DNA from: Dipteris shenzhenensis
Taxonomy: Eukaryota
Direction: 5' to 3' (one strand)
Assembly: GCA_047967505.1 (NCBI GenBank)
Contig: CM106538.1
DNA: 64,000 bases
The position numbers and the translations under genes were made by a program. Positions 11,422 to 24,330 of the stretch are shown in pieces. Positions within the stretch are counted from its first letter, which is position 1, and every line of letters begins with the position of its first letter. The notes beneath the pieces were generated by a model, which had not been told where the DNA came from, did no database searches, and saw only the letters and a program-made list of their open reading frames with translations.

Positions 11422-13089
11422 GGAGGTGCACCCTGATTGGCTTCCTTAGTGTGGTGATAAGGCCCTTTACACACCTCTTCCTCCCTTCACCTCTCTCTAA
11501 TGCAACTCCATTGTATGCCTGCAGACAACAAAAGCCTCTTTAATTGCCTTGCACAGTGGTCTACATTTACCGTGTGGGCTATGACCAATGTACATCAAAA
11601 GTTTACATGTAAGTGCATGATCAGGCATGTGAATACCCAATGTGAAATATTGTAGGCATCAAAGAAACATTGCACCATTTTGTTGATAGTGCAAATAAGG
11701 TAAAAAATGTCTAGATGTGGAATTGATCTTCCTTTATTTGCAAAACTCTACAACTTTGGTGTAAGCCAGTGTTTTCAAGCATGGTCTTGCTCATGACTAC
11801 AAAATCCATCGTTGCCAATCTTTTGAACTATCATCTTGTAGGTGCTTCAATCTTTTGAAAGCCTTTCTACGCTCCTCTAAAAGATGTTGTGCCATTCTCC
11901 AATCCATGATTCCAAAACGACATGCACCACTTTGAGTAAAATCAAGCAAGATGTTGCTAGGATGCAAGTCTATGTGAAACCGTTAGGCCTGATGGGATAG
12001 TGCTAGTCTAGCCATGAGAGCATGGATAAGATGATGCAATTAGCACAAAGAAAAGTCAATTCTTTGCAGCATGTCTTTTGAGCCTTTGATTGCATCCTCT
12101 AGTTCTTCTTCTACTTGTGACACCTTCTTTGCTCCTCCCTTCACGTGTGCATCAACTAAAGGACCCTTCATTAAATGACAGCTAGAGGAAAAATTGTGAC
12201 AGGCTCCCACCATGGAATATGGTGTGATTGTCCAAGGGGGCTCTTCTAAGGTAGCAACAACAACTCTTGTGAGCACAGGGTGTGCTATTTGCATTGCCAC
12301 CTCTCTTTGTGCTTCTCATCTATATGAGCACCAACATTGCCCTATACTACTTGCCAGCATACTAGTAGTGTTGTAACAAACTGAGACAGCCTACTAGACA
12401 AACCCAATCGATGATCTCACAATTTCTTTACCTCAAAAGATCTCTTGCTCTATGATAAATGTCACAAAAATCACATTCTTATGTGACTAGGTTGCTACTT
12501 TAGCTTTTATGTGGTACATCTAAGAATGCTTCCTTTCAAGACTACATCCTGTCCTTTCTCCTCTTGCCTAGTTCGCGCCTCTACCATTCCAAACCTTAAG
12601 GCCAACTTCTTCTCCTAGCTCTCAATTCTACGGCCCTTCTAATGGAATAGTCACATAAGAAATGTGAATTTTGCAACATTTATCATAGCAAGAGATCTTG
12701 TGAAGTTTGGAGGATGTTACTTTTATGCACAACCCATAATGCATCCAATACTGCATTGACATCATTACCAAATAATGCTCTTTTAATACACATTTCCTCA
12801 AACTGTACATGTACACTACTAATTTGGGATTCAAGCCAAAGAAATGTATCAGACTTCCAATTCACCATGCTAACAAGCTCACAGGTTGGGGCATCTTGTT
12901 ATAGCATATTGTTTGTGTCATTGTATAACCTTTATCTTGAAATTACACAACCTATTAGTGCTTTCTATTATGCTCTAAAATGACTTCTTAAGCTTGGAAA
13001 CAATCAAACATGGGGTGTGATTTCTTGAGAATGGTTATGAATTGACCACCCTGTGGGATCAGAGGCCCTTGGCAAGATATTTTATTGTT

Positions 13090-13660
13090 GGGTGTGCCAA
13101 TTAGGGTGGGGCATTTTGAAATCTTTAGAAGAATTTGCCACGGATGTAGAGGGAAAGTCCACGGTGTCATTTTGATAGGCCGGAGAGCATTGGGCGACTC
13201 TCTTAGTAGGTCACTATGGCTCTCTTATTAGGCACTAAAGGAGGGGCTTGCGATGGTGGAAAGTTATCCCAAAATTGTCAAAAATCTTGTGACAAAAGGC
13301 TTGAAGACGTTTAGGGAGATTTGGGACCTGAAAATGGGAAGTGGATGCCCATGGAAAGCATTACCAGTAGATTTTTCTCTCTAGTTGGGAAACATCTCTG
13401 ATGAGAGACTTCATGGGGAGAATCAAGGAAGACTGGCCGACTAGTTGCTCTCTAAAACATACTGATGACTTCAGAGGATTTGCAATGCCTTTAGGAAAGT
13501 TGCTTTATAGGTGCTCTCCAAAAGACTTGAGACCTCCAATGTCCTTTTGGGCACTCTCAAAATTACGCATACTGTGGAAGTTGCACGCTTCGTGGAATCA
13601 CCCTCCCCCAAAAGAAACCCTACATACACGCATTGAAAAGTGAGTGATCATTGGTCTTTG
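13090..13660 (+). mobile_element. Possible degenerate LINE ORF2 fragment
   Basis: GLKTFREIWDLKMG.W.PMES-like stretch resembles the region downstream of RT in plant L1 elements; weak match. Confidence 0.3.
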
Positions 13661-14501
13661 CTCACATCTCCTTGGATCCATTCGAGTCTTGAAGGGAGCC
13701 TAAGGTTTGAGTGATTAATGTGATGCTAACATATTCCAATATTGCCCATTCCACCAATAATGGTATTGGACCCAATGTGTTTGACAAGTAAAAACACATG
13801 TTATCATGCGAGTAATGGCTAGTGGGGGTAATGAAACATTTGTGTTGCATCAAAATCATGAAAGTGACTTGCACCATAAGATGGTTGACAAATTGTAAAT
13901 ATGCAATGGGACCAACAATGGTGAATGAACATGATTACTCTTGGTGGTGGGCTGTACTAGAGATTGGGCAACCATGTGATGTTGATTGGCTATTGATGTG
14001 AAGAAACAAATACAAAGACCTTTTCCCACACCATTTGAACTTGAGTTGCAAAAGAGTCCCATTCAAGAACCCTCAAATTTAGTCAAAAGATCCACTCTCT
14101 CCTTCGTATAATACCCTTGGAAACCAATGATTTCGCTGAAGTCCCCACTCGGCTCGCCTATTATTTGAAGTTCAAACCATTGTTTTTTCACATGCCTACT
14201 TCTCACTATTGATTACTCTTTATCCAAGTTTTAACTTGGAGTCACACACCAGCCCCCTTTAAACTAGGCCTTAAACTCACACCCTAGACTAAGACATATG
14301 AATTACTATTATAAATTTGCAAATATTTCAATAACAATCCAAATAACTTATGGTCCTTCAAACTTCACATGAAAAAGTTTTTTATTTTTTAATTGCAACC
14401 CCCAAAACCTTCCAATTTTATTTTTCATTGTTTAGCAATTCTCACATGACACCCAAGACGTTCATTATATAAAAGCCCCATACAATGATGTGTGCATTGA
14501 A

Positions 14502-14712
14502 GGGGTATTTATATACCCCTTATATCGCTTATGTATATATATTTCATGTAAGTCCACAAGATTGTTGCAGAATGCATGTGCTATCAAAGATATTGCTCAG
14601 TGAAATTGGGATTTATATACCCCTTATATCCCTTATGTATATATATTTTGTGCAAGTCCACAAGATTGTTGCAGAATGCATGTGCTATCAAAGATATTGC
14701 TTAGTGAGATTG
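14502..14712. repeat. Two-copy ~104 bp tandem duplication
   Basis: ATTTATATACCCCTTATATC...AAGTCCACAAGATTGTTGCAGAATGCATGTGCTATCAAAGATATTGCT occurs twice. Confidence 0.9.
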
Positions 14713-14766
14713 AAATCCCAGTGGCAGTGGGCCCCAGTCGCACTGGGCACCCTCTCTATGTTGTAG

Positions 14767-15000
14767 ACTGGAATAGTCACTCATGATGTGTTTCCTGAAT
14801 TCCTAGTTTTGCACGCTCCACCTTTTGATCGAAGTTGCAAGAAGAGTGCAAGGAAGAAAGAAATGGTCAAGAGGGATAGAAGATGAAGTAGTGAAGGAAA
14901 TGGAATAGTGGAGGCTTGAGATTACAAGGGAGAACAAAACGTTCGAGAGGGATATAAGAGGAAACGGTTAAGGGAATGGAATAGTCAAGTAACTGTCAAG
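14767..15000 (+). other. Putative degenerate exon immediately before the satellite array
   Basis: Acceptor CTCTCTATGTTGTAG| (14766) and donor CAAG|GTGAGA (15001). The 234 bp read as a basic peptide (…KKSARKKEMVKRDRR*…YKRKRLREW…) with two TGA stops, each compatible with CGA>TGA. Confidence 0.4.
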
Positions 15001-15011
15001 GTGAGAACCAA

Positions 15012-18000
15012 TCGACTTACATGCAAAGTGGCACTCCCATCCCATAAGTGCTTGATCGGATAACATACCTTGGAGCGTGTTTTTTTACGGATGTGCATGA
15101 CACTAGAGCAAAAATAGTATTTATTGCTCGATCGATCATGCAAAGGATATCCGATGGGCACAACACTTTTCGTACACCTCAACCTAGGTGGTATTGAAAT
15201 GTTCTCAAAGAGGCACACCCATCCGATAAGTACTTGGTCAGATAACACACCTAAGGGCGTGTTTTTTTGCGGATGTGCATATCACTCGGGAAAAAATGGT
15301 GTATAATGCATGATCGACCATGGAAAGCATATCCGATGGTGACAATACTTTGCACCCACCTCAACGTAGTTGAAATAGACTTGCGTGCAAAGTGGAGCCC
15401 TCATCCGGTAAGTACTTGTTGAAATAACACGCCTAGGACCGTGTTTTTTCATGGTTATGCATGACAGTAAGGATAAAACGGTGTTTTATGCTTGATCGAC
15501 AATGCAAAGCATATCCGATGGGCACAATACTTTGCACACACCTTCAACTAGGTGGAATCAACTTACATGCAAAGTGGCATGCCCATCCCATAAGTGCTTG
15601 ATTGGATAACATACCTAGCAGCGTGTTTTTTTACGGATGTGCATGACACTAGAGCAAAAATAGTATTTAATGCTCGATCGACCATGCAAAGGATATCCGA
15701 TGGGCACAACACTTTTCATACACCTCAACCTAGGTGGTATTGAAATGTTGTCAATGAGGCACTCCCATCCGATAAGTACTTGGTCAGAAAACACACCTAA
15801 TGGCGTGTTTTTTTGTGGATGTCCATTTCACTAGGGAAAAAATGGTGTATAATGCTTGATCGACCATGCAAAGCATATCCGATGGTGACAATACTTTGCA
15901 TGCACCTCAATGTAGTTGAAACAGACTTGCGTGCAAAGTGGAGCCCCCATCCGATAAGTACTTATTTGAATAGCACACCTACGTCCATGTTTTTTGACAG
16001 TTGTACATGACACTAAGGCCAAAAACGGTGTACAATGCGTGATCGACCATGCAAATCATATCCAATGGTGAAAATACTTTGCACGCACCTTAATGTAGTT
16101 GAAACAGACTTGCGTGCAAAGTGGAGCCCCCATCCGATAAGTACTTGTTTGAATAACACACTTAGGACCGTGTTTTTTCATGGTTGTGCATGACACTAAG
16201 GGAAAAACGGTGTTTTAGGCTTGATCGACAATGCAAAGCATATCCGATGGCACAATACTTTGCACACACCTTCAACTAGGTTGAATTCACTTACATGCAA
16301 AGTGGCACGCCCATCCCCTAAGTGCTTGATCGGATAACATACCTAGCATCATGTTTTTTTACGGATGTGTATGACACTAGAGCAAAAATAGTATTTAATG
16401 CTCGATCGACCATGCAAAGGATATCTGATGGGCAAAATACTTTTCGTACACCTCAACCTAGGTGGTATTAAAATGTTCTCAATGAGGCACACCCATTCGA
16501 TAAGTATTTGGTAAAATAACACACCTAATCGCGTGTTTTTTTGCGGATGTGCATACCACTAGGGAAAAAACGGTGTATAATGCGTGATCGACCATGCAAA
16601 TCATCTCCGATGGTGAGAGTACTTTGCACACACCTCAACGTAGTTGAAACGGACTTGCGTGAAAAGTGGAGCCCCCATCCGATAAGTACTTGTTTGAATA
16701 ACACACCTAGGACCGTGTTTCTTCATGGTTGTGCATGACACTAAGGCAAAAACGGTGTTTTATGCTTGATCGACAATGCAAAGCATATCCGATGGGCACA
16801 ATACTTTGCACACACCTTTAAATAGGTGGAATTGACTTACATGCAAAGTGGCACACCCATCCCATAAGTGCTTGATCGGATAACATACCTAGCAGCGTGT
16901 TTTTTTACGGATGTGCATGACACTATAGCAAAAATAGTATTTAATGGTCGATCGACCATGCAAAGGATATCCGATGGGCACAATATTTTTTGTACACCTC
17001 AACCTAGGTAGAATTGAAATGTTCTCAAAGAGGCACACCCATCCGATAAGTAATTGGTCAGATAACACACCTAAGGGTGTGTTTTTTTGCGGATGTGCAT
17101 ATCACTAGGGAAAAAATGGTGTATAATGCGTGATCGACCATGTAAAGCATATCCGATGGTGACAATAATTTGCAAGTACCTCAACATAGTTAAAATGGAC
17201 TTGCATACAAAGTGGAGCCCCCATCCGATAAGTACTAGTTTGAATAACAGACCTAGGACCGTGTTTTTTCATGATTGTGTATGACACTAAGGCAAGAACG
17301 GTGTTTTATGCTTGATCGACAATGCAAAGCATATCCGATGGGCACAATACTTTGCACACACCTTTAACTAGGTGGAATTGACTTACATGCAAAGTGGCAC
17401 GCCCATCCCATAAGTGCTTGATCAGATAACATACCTAGCAGCGTGTTTTTTTACGGATGTGCATGACACTAGAGCAAAAATAGTATTTAATGCTCGATCG
17501 ACCATGCAAAGGATATTCGATGGGCACAACACTTTTCGTACATGTCAACCTAGGTGGTATTGAAATGTTCTCAATGAGGCACACCCATCCGATAAGTACT
17601 TGGTTAGATAACAAACCTAATGGCGTGTTTTTTTGCGGATGTCCATATCACTAGGGAAAAAATGGTGTATAATGCGTGATGAACCATGCAAAGCATATCC
17701 GATGGTGACAATACTTTGCACGCACCTCAACATAGTTTAAAAGGATTTGCGTGCAAAGTAGAGCCCCCGTCCGTCGATAAGTACTTATTTGAATAACACA
17801 CCTACAGCCGTGTTTTTATATGGTTGTGCATGACACTAAGGCAAAAACGGTGTTTTATGCTTGATCGACAATGCAAAGCATATCTGATGGGCACAATACT
17901 TTGCACACACCTTCAACTAGGTGGAATTGACTTACATGCAAAGTGGCACGCCCATCGCATAAGTGCTCGATCGGATAACACACCTAGCAGCGTGTTTTTT

Positions 18001-21000
18001 TACAGATGTGCATGACACTAGAGCAAAAATAGTATTTAATGCTCGATCACCTAGGTTAAGGTGTACGAAAAGTATTGTGCCCATCGGATATGCTTTGCAT
18101 GGTCGATCGAGCATTAAATACTATTTTTGCTCTAGTGTCATGCACATCCATAAAAAAACACGCTGCTAGGTGTGTTATCTGATCAAGCACTTATGCGATG
18201 GGGGTGCCACTTTGCATGTAAGTCAATTCCTTCTAGTTGAAGGTGTGTGCAAAGTATTGTGCCCATCGGATATGCTTTTCATTTTCGATCAAGCATAAAA
18301 CACCGTTTTTGCCTTAATGTCATGCACAACCATATAAAAACACGGCCGTAGGTGTGTTATTCAAATAAGTACTTATCCGATGGGGGCTCTACTTTGCACA
18401 CACATCTTTTTCAACTACGTTGAGGTGCGTGCAAAGTATTGTCACCATCGGATATGCTTTGCATGGTCGATCATGCATTATACACCATTTTTTCCCTAGT
18501 GATATGGACATCTGCAAAAAAACACGCCATTAGGTGTGTTATCTGACCAAGTACTTATCGGATGGGTGTGCCTCTTTGAGAACATTTCAATACCACCTAG
18601 GTTGATGTGTACGAAAAGTGTTGTGCCCATCGGATATCCTTTGCAAGGTGGATCGAGCATTAAATACTATTTTTGCTCTAGTGTCATGCACATCCGTAAA
18701 AAAACACGCTGCTAGGTATGTTATCCGATCAAGCACTTATGGGATGGGTGTGCCACTTTGCATGTAAGTCAATTCCACCTAGTTAAAGGTGTGTGCAAAG
18801 TATTGTGCCCATCGGATCTGGTTTGCATTGTTGATCAAGCATAAAACACCGTTTTTGCCTTAGTGTCATGCACAACCATGAAAAAACACGGTCCTAGGTG
18901 TGTTATTCAAACAAGTACTTATCGGCTCGGGGCTCCACTTTGCACGCATGTCTGTTTTAACTACGTTGAGGTCTGTGCAAAGTATTGTCACCATCGGATA
19001 TGATTTGCATGGTCGATCACGCATTATACACCGTTTTTTCCCTAGTGGTATGCACATCCGCAAAAAAAAACGCACCTTAACTAGTTGAAACGGACATGCG
19101 TGCAAAGTGGAGCCCCCATATGATAAGTACTTGTTTGAATAACACACCTAGGACCATGTTTTTTCATGGTTGTGCATGACACTAAGGAAAAAATGGTGTT
19201 TTATGCTTGATCGACAATGCAAAGCATATTCGATGGGCACAATACTTTGCACACACCTTTAACTAGGTGGAATTGACTTACATGCAAAGTGGCACGCCCA
19301 TCCCATAAGTGCTTGATCGGATAACATACCTAGCAGCGTAATTTTATACGAATGTGCATGACACTAGAGCAAAAATAGTATTTAATGCTCGATCGACCAT
19401 GCAAAGGATATCCGATGGGCACAACACTTTTCCTACACGTCAACCTAGGTGGTATTGAAATGTTCTCAAAGAGGCACACCCATCCGATAAGTACTTGGTC
19501 AGATAACACACCTAATGGCGTGTTTTTTTGCGAATGTCCATATCACTAGGGAAAAAATGGTATATAATGCGTGATCGACCATGCAAAGCATATCCGATGG
19601 TGACAATACTTTCCACACACCTCAACATAGTTGAAATGGACTTGCGTGCAAAGTGGAGCCCCCATCCGATAATTACTTATTTGAATAACACAGCTACGGC
19701 CGTGTTTTTATATGGTTGTGCATGACACAAAGGCAAAAACAGTGTTTTATGCTTGATCGACAATGCAAAGCATATCTGATGGGCACAATACTTTGCACAC
19801 ACCTAAACGTAGTTGAAACAGACTTGCGTGCAAAGTGGAGCCCCCATCCGATATGTACTTATTTGAATAACACACCTAGGGCCGTGTTTTTATATGGTTG
19901 TGCATGATACAAAGGCAAAAACGGTGTTTTATGCTTGATCGACAATGCAAAGCATATCCGATGGGCACAACACTTTTCCTACACAACCTAGGTGGTATTG
20001 AAATGTTCTCAAAGAGGCACACCCATCCGATAAGTACTTGGTCAGATAACACACCTAATGGCGTGTTTTTTTGCGGATGTCCATATCACTAGGGAAAAAA
20101 TGGTGTATAATGCGTGATCGACCATGCAAAGCATATCCGATGGTGACAATACTTTGCACACACCTCAACGTAGTTGAAACGGACTTGCGTGCAAAGTGGA
20201 GCCCCCATCCGATATGTTTTTATTTGAATAACACAGCTACAGCCGTGTTTTTATATGGTTGTGCATGACACAAAGGCAAAAACGGTGTTTTATGCTTGAT
20301 CGACAATGCAAAGCATATCCGATGGGCACAATACTTTGCACACACCTTCAACTAGGTGGAATTGACTTACATGCAAAGTGGCATTCCCATCGCATAAGTA
20401 CTTGATTGGATAACACACCTAGCAGCGTGTTTTTTTATGGATGTGCATGACACTAAGGCAAAAATGGTATTTAATGCTCGATGGACCATGCAAAGCATAT
20501 CCGATGGGCAAAATACTTTTCCTACACCTTAACCTAGGTGGTATTGAAATGTTCTCAAAGAGCACACCCATCCGATAAGTACTTGGTCAGATAACATACC
20601 TAAGGGCATGTTTTTTTGCGGATGTGCATATCACTACGGGAAAAACGTTGTATAATGCGTAATCGACCATGCAGAGCATATCCGATGGTGACAATACTAG
20701 TTGAAATGGACTTGCGTGCAAACTGGAGCCCCCATCTGATTAGTACTTGTTTGATTAACACACTTAGGACTGTGTTTTTTCATGGTTGTGCATGACACAA
20801 AGGCAAAAACGGTGTTTTATGCTTGATCAACAATGCAAAGCATATCCGATGGGCACAATACTTTGCACACACGTTCAACTAGGTGGAATCGACTTCCATG
20901 CAAAGTGGCACGCCCATCCCATAAGTGCTTGATCGGATAACATACCTAGCAGCGTGTTTTTTTACAGATGTGCATGACACTAGAGCAAAAATAGTATTTA

Positions 21001-24000
21001 ATGCTCGATCGACCATGCACATGTTTTTTTGCGGATGTGCATATCACTATGGGAAAAACGTTGTATAATGCGTAATTGACCATGCAGAGCATATCCGATG
21101 GTGACAATACTTTGCACGCATCTCAAGCTAGTTGAAACGGACTTGCGTGCAAACTGGAGCCCCCATCCGATAAGTACTTGTTTGATTAACACACTTAGGA
21201 CCGTGTTTTTTCATGGTTGTGCATGACACTAAGGCAAAAACGGTGTTTTATGCTTGATCGACAATGCAAAGCATATCCGATGGGCACAATACTTTGCACA
21301 CACCTTCAACTAGGTGGAATTGAATTACATGCAAAGTGGCACACCCATCCCATAAGTGCTTGATCGGATAACATACCTAGCAGCATGTTTTTTTTACGGA
21401 TGTGCATGACACTAGAGTAAAAATAGTATTTAATGCTCGATCGACCATGCAAAGGATATCTGATTGGCAAAATACTTTTCCTACACCACAACCTAGGTGG
21501 TATTGAAATGTTCTCAAAGAGGCACACCCATCTGATAAGTACTTGGTCAGATAACACACCTAAGGGCGTGTTTTTTTGCGGATGTGCATACCACTAGGGA
21601 AAAAACGGTGTATAATGCGTGATCGACCATGCAAATCATCTCCGATGGTGAGAGTACTTTGCACACACCTCAACGTAGTTGAAACGGACTTGCGTGAAAA
21701 GTGGAGCCCCCATCCGATAAGTACTTGTTTGAATAACACACCTAGGACCGTGTTTCTTCATGGTTGTGCATGACACTAAGGCAAAAACGGTGTTTTATGC
21801 TTGATCGACAATGCAAAGCATATCCAATGGGCACAATACTTTGCACACACCTTTAAATAGGTGGAATTGACTTACATGCAAAGTGGCACGCCCATCCCAT
21901 AAGTGCTTGATCGGATAACATACCTAGCAGCGTGTTTTTTTACGGATGTGCATGACACTATAGCAAAAATAGTATTTAATGCTCGATCGACCATGCAAAG
22001 GATATCCGATGGGCACAACACTTTCGTACACCTCAACCTAGGTGGTATTGAAATGTTCTCAATGAGGCACACCCATCTGATAAGTACTTGGTCAGATAAC
22101 ACACCTAATGGCGTGTTTTTTTGCGGATGTCCATATCACTAGGGAAAAAATGGTGTATAATGCGTGATCGACCATGCAAAGCATATCCGATGGTGACAAT
22201 ACTTTTCATGCACCTCAACGTAGTTGAAACGGACTTGCGTGCAAAGTGGAGCCCCCATCCGATAAGTACTTATTTGAATAACACACCTACGGCCGTGTTT
22301 TTATATGGTTGTGCATGACACAAAGGCAAAAACAGTGTTTTATGCTTGATCGACTATGCAAAGCATATCCGATGGGCACAATACTTTGTACACACCTTCA
22401 ACTAGGTGGATTTGACTTACATGCAAGGTGGCATTCCCATCGCATAAGTACTTGATCAGATAACACACCTAGCAGCGTGTTTTTTACGGATGTGTATGAC
22501 ACTAAGGTAAAAATGGTATTTAATGCTCGATCGACCATGCAAAGCATATCCGATGCGCACAATACTTTTCCTACAGCTTAACCTAGGTGGTATTGAAATG
22601 TTCTCAAAGAGGCACACCCATCCGATAAGTACTTGGTCAGATAACATACCTAAGGGCATGTTTTTTTGTCGATGTGCATATCACTATGGGAAAAACGTTG
22701 TATAATGCGTAATCGACCGTGCAGAGCATATCCGATGGTGACAATACTTTGCACGCATCTCAACCTAGTTGAAACGGACTTGCGTGCAAACTGGAGCCCC
22801 CATCCGATAAGTACTTGTTTGATTAACACACTTAGGACCGTGTTTCTTCATGGTTGTGCATGAAACTAAGGTAAAAATGGTATTTTATGCTTGATCGACA
22901 ATGCAAAGCATATCCGATGGGCACAATACTTTGCACATAGCTTCAACTAGGTGGAATTGCCTTACATGCAAAGTGGCACTCCCATCCCATAAGTTCTTGA
23001 TCGGACAACATACCTAGCAGCGTGTTTTTTTACGGATGTGCATGACACTAGAGCAAAAATAGTATTTATTGCTCGATCGATCATGCAAAGGATATCCGAT
23101 GGGCACAACACTTTTTGTATGCCTCAACCTAGGTGGTATTGAAATGTTCTCAAAGAGGCACACCCATCCGATAAGTACTTGGTCAGATAACACACCTAAG
23201 GGCGTGTTTTTTTGTGGATATGCACATCACTAGAGAAAAAATGGTTTATAAGCCGTGATCGACCATGCAAAGCATATCCGATGGTGACAATACTTTGCAC
23301 ACACCTCAAACTATGTAGTTGAAAGGGACTTGCATGCAAAGTGGAGCCCCCATCCGATAAGTACTTGTTTGAATAACACACCTAGGACTGTGTTTTTTCA
23401 TGTTTGTGCATGACACTAAGGCAAAAACAGTGTTTTATGCTTGATCCAAAATGCAAAGCATATCCGATGGGCACAATACTTTACACACACCTTCAACCAG
23501 GTGGAATTGACTTACATGCAAAGTGGCATTCCCATCGCATAAGTACTTGATCGGATAACACACCTAGTAGCATGTTTTTTTTACGGATGTGCATGACACG
23601 AGCAAAAATAGTATTTAATGCTCGATTGACCATGCAAAGCATATCCGATGGGAACAATACTTTTCCTACGCCTTAACCTAGGTGGTATTGAAATTTTGTC
23701 AAAGAGGCACACCCATCCGCTGATAAGTAGTACTTGGTTAGATAATACCTAAGGGCGTGTTTTTTTGCAGATGTGCATATCACTATGGGAAGAACGTTGT
23801 ATAATGCGTAATCGACCATGGAGAGCATATTCGATGGTGACAATACTTTGCACACATCTCAACCTAGTTGAAACGGACTTGCGTGAAAAGTGGAGCCCCC
23901 ATCCAATAAGTACTTGTTTGATTAACACACTTAGGACCGTGTTTTTTCATGGTTGTGCATGACACTAAGGCAAAAACGGTGTTTTATGCTTGATCGACAA

Positions 24001-24235
24001 TGCAAAGCATATCCGATGGGCACAATACTTTGCACACACCTTCAACTAGGTGGAATTGACTTACATGCAAAGTGGCACACCCATCCCATAAGTGCTTGAT
24101 TGGATACATACCTAGCAGGCTCGTGTTTTTTTATGGATGTACATGACACTAGAGCAAAAATAGTATTTAATGCTCGATCGACCATGCAAAGGATAACTTG
24201 GTATGTCCATCTGATGAGTACTTGATCGGATAACT
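15012..24235. repeat. Satellite array: ~182 bp monomers in an A-B-C higher-order repeat (~546 bp), about 50 monomers
   Basis: Three monomer types are marked by GTGCAAAGTGGAGCCC, ATGCAAAGTGGCAC and CTCAAAGAGGCACACCC and alternate with ~182 bp spacing. Occasional chimeric or deleted monomers occur (e.g. ~16113, ~19828, ~21019). Confidence 0.98.
18049..19073 (-). repeat. Inverted block inside the satellite array
   Basis: Reverse-complement monomers (e.g. CCCATCGGATATGCTTTGCATGGTCGATCGAGCATT) lie between forward arrays; junctions at ~18048 and ~19073. Confidence 0.95.
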
Positions 24236-24330
24236 TCTGCCACCAATAAATTAAGTACTAACTCAATATTATTATAAATGAGTAGATTATTAAAAAGAGA
24301 CTAATATTTATGTAATTGTTGCTACTGCAG

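Noticed and set aside
11500-12900. Possible Mutator/SWIM remnant on the minus strand (…CLQYFTLGI…HAL)
   Set aside because: Needs several assumed frameshifts; too degenerate to support without a search.
13084-13120. GTTGGGTGTGCCAA as the inverted partner of the motif at 29893-29919 (a TIR for the Sola1-like element)
   Set aside because: The match is short and gapped, and no TSD was found.
15012-24235. CRISPR or guide-RNA array; many short ORFs (MRM…DRPCKAYPM…)
   Set aside because: No unique spacers: the variable blocks recur as A/B/C types, and the context is eukaryotic. The ORFs are by-products of the repeat.
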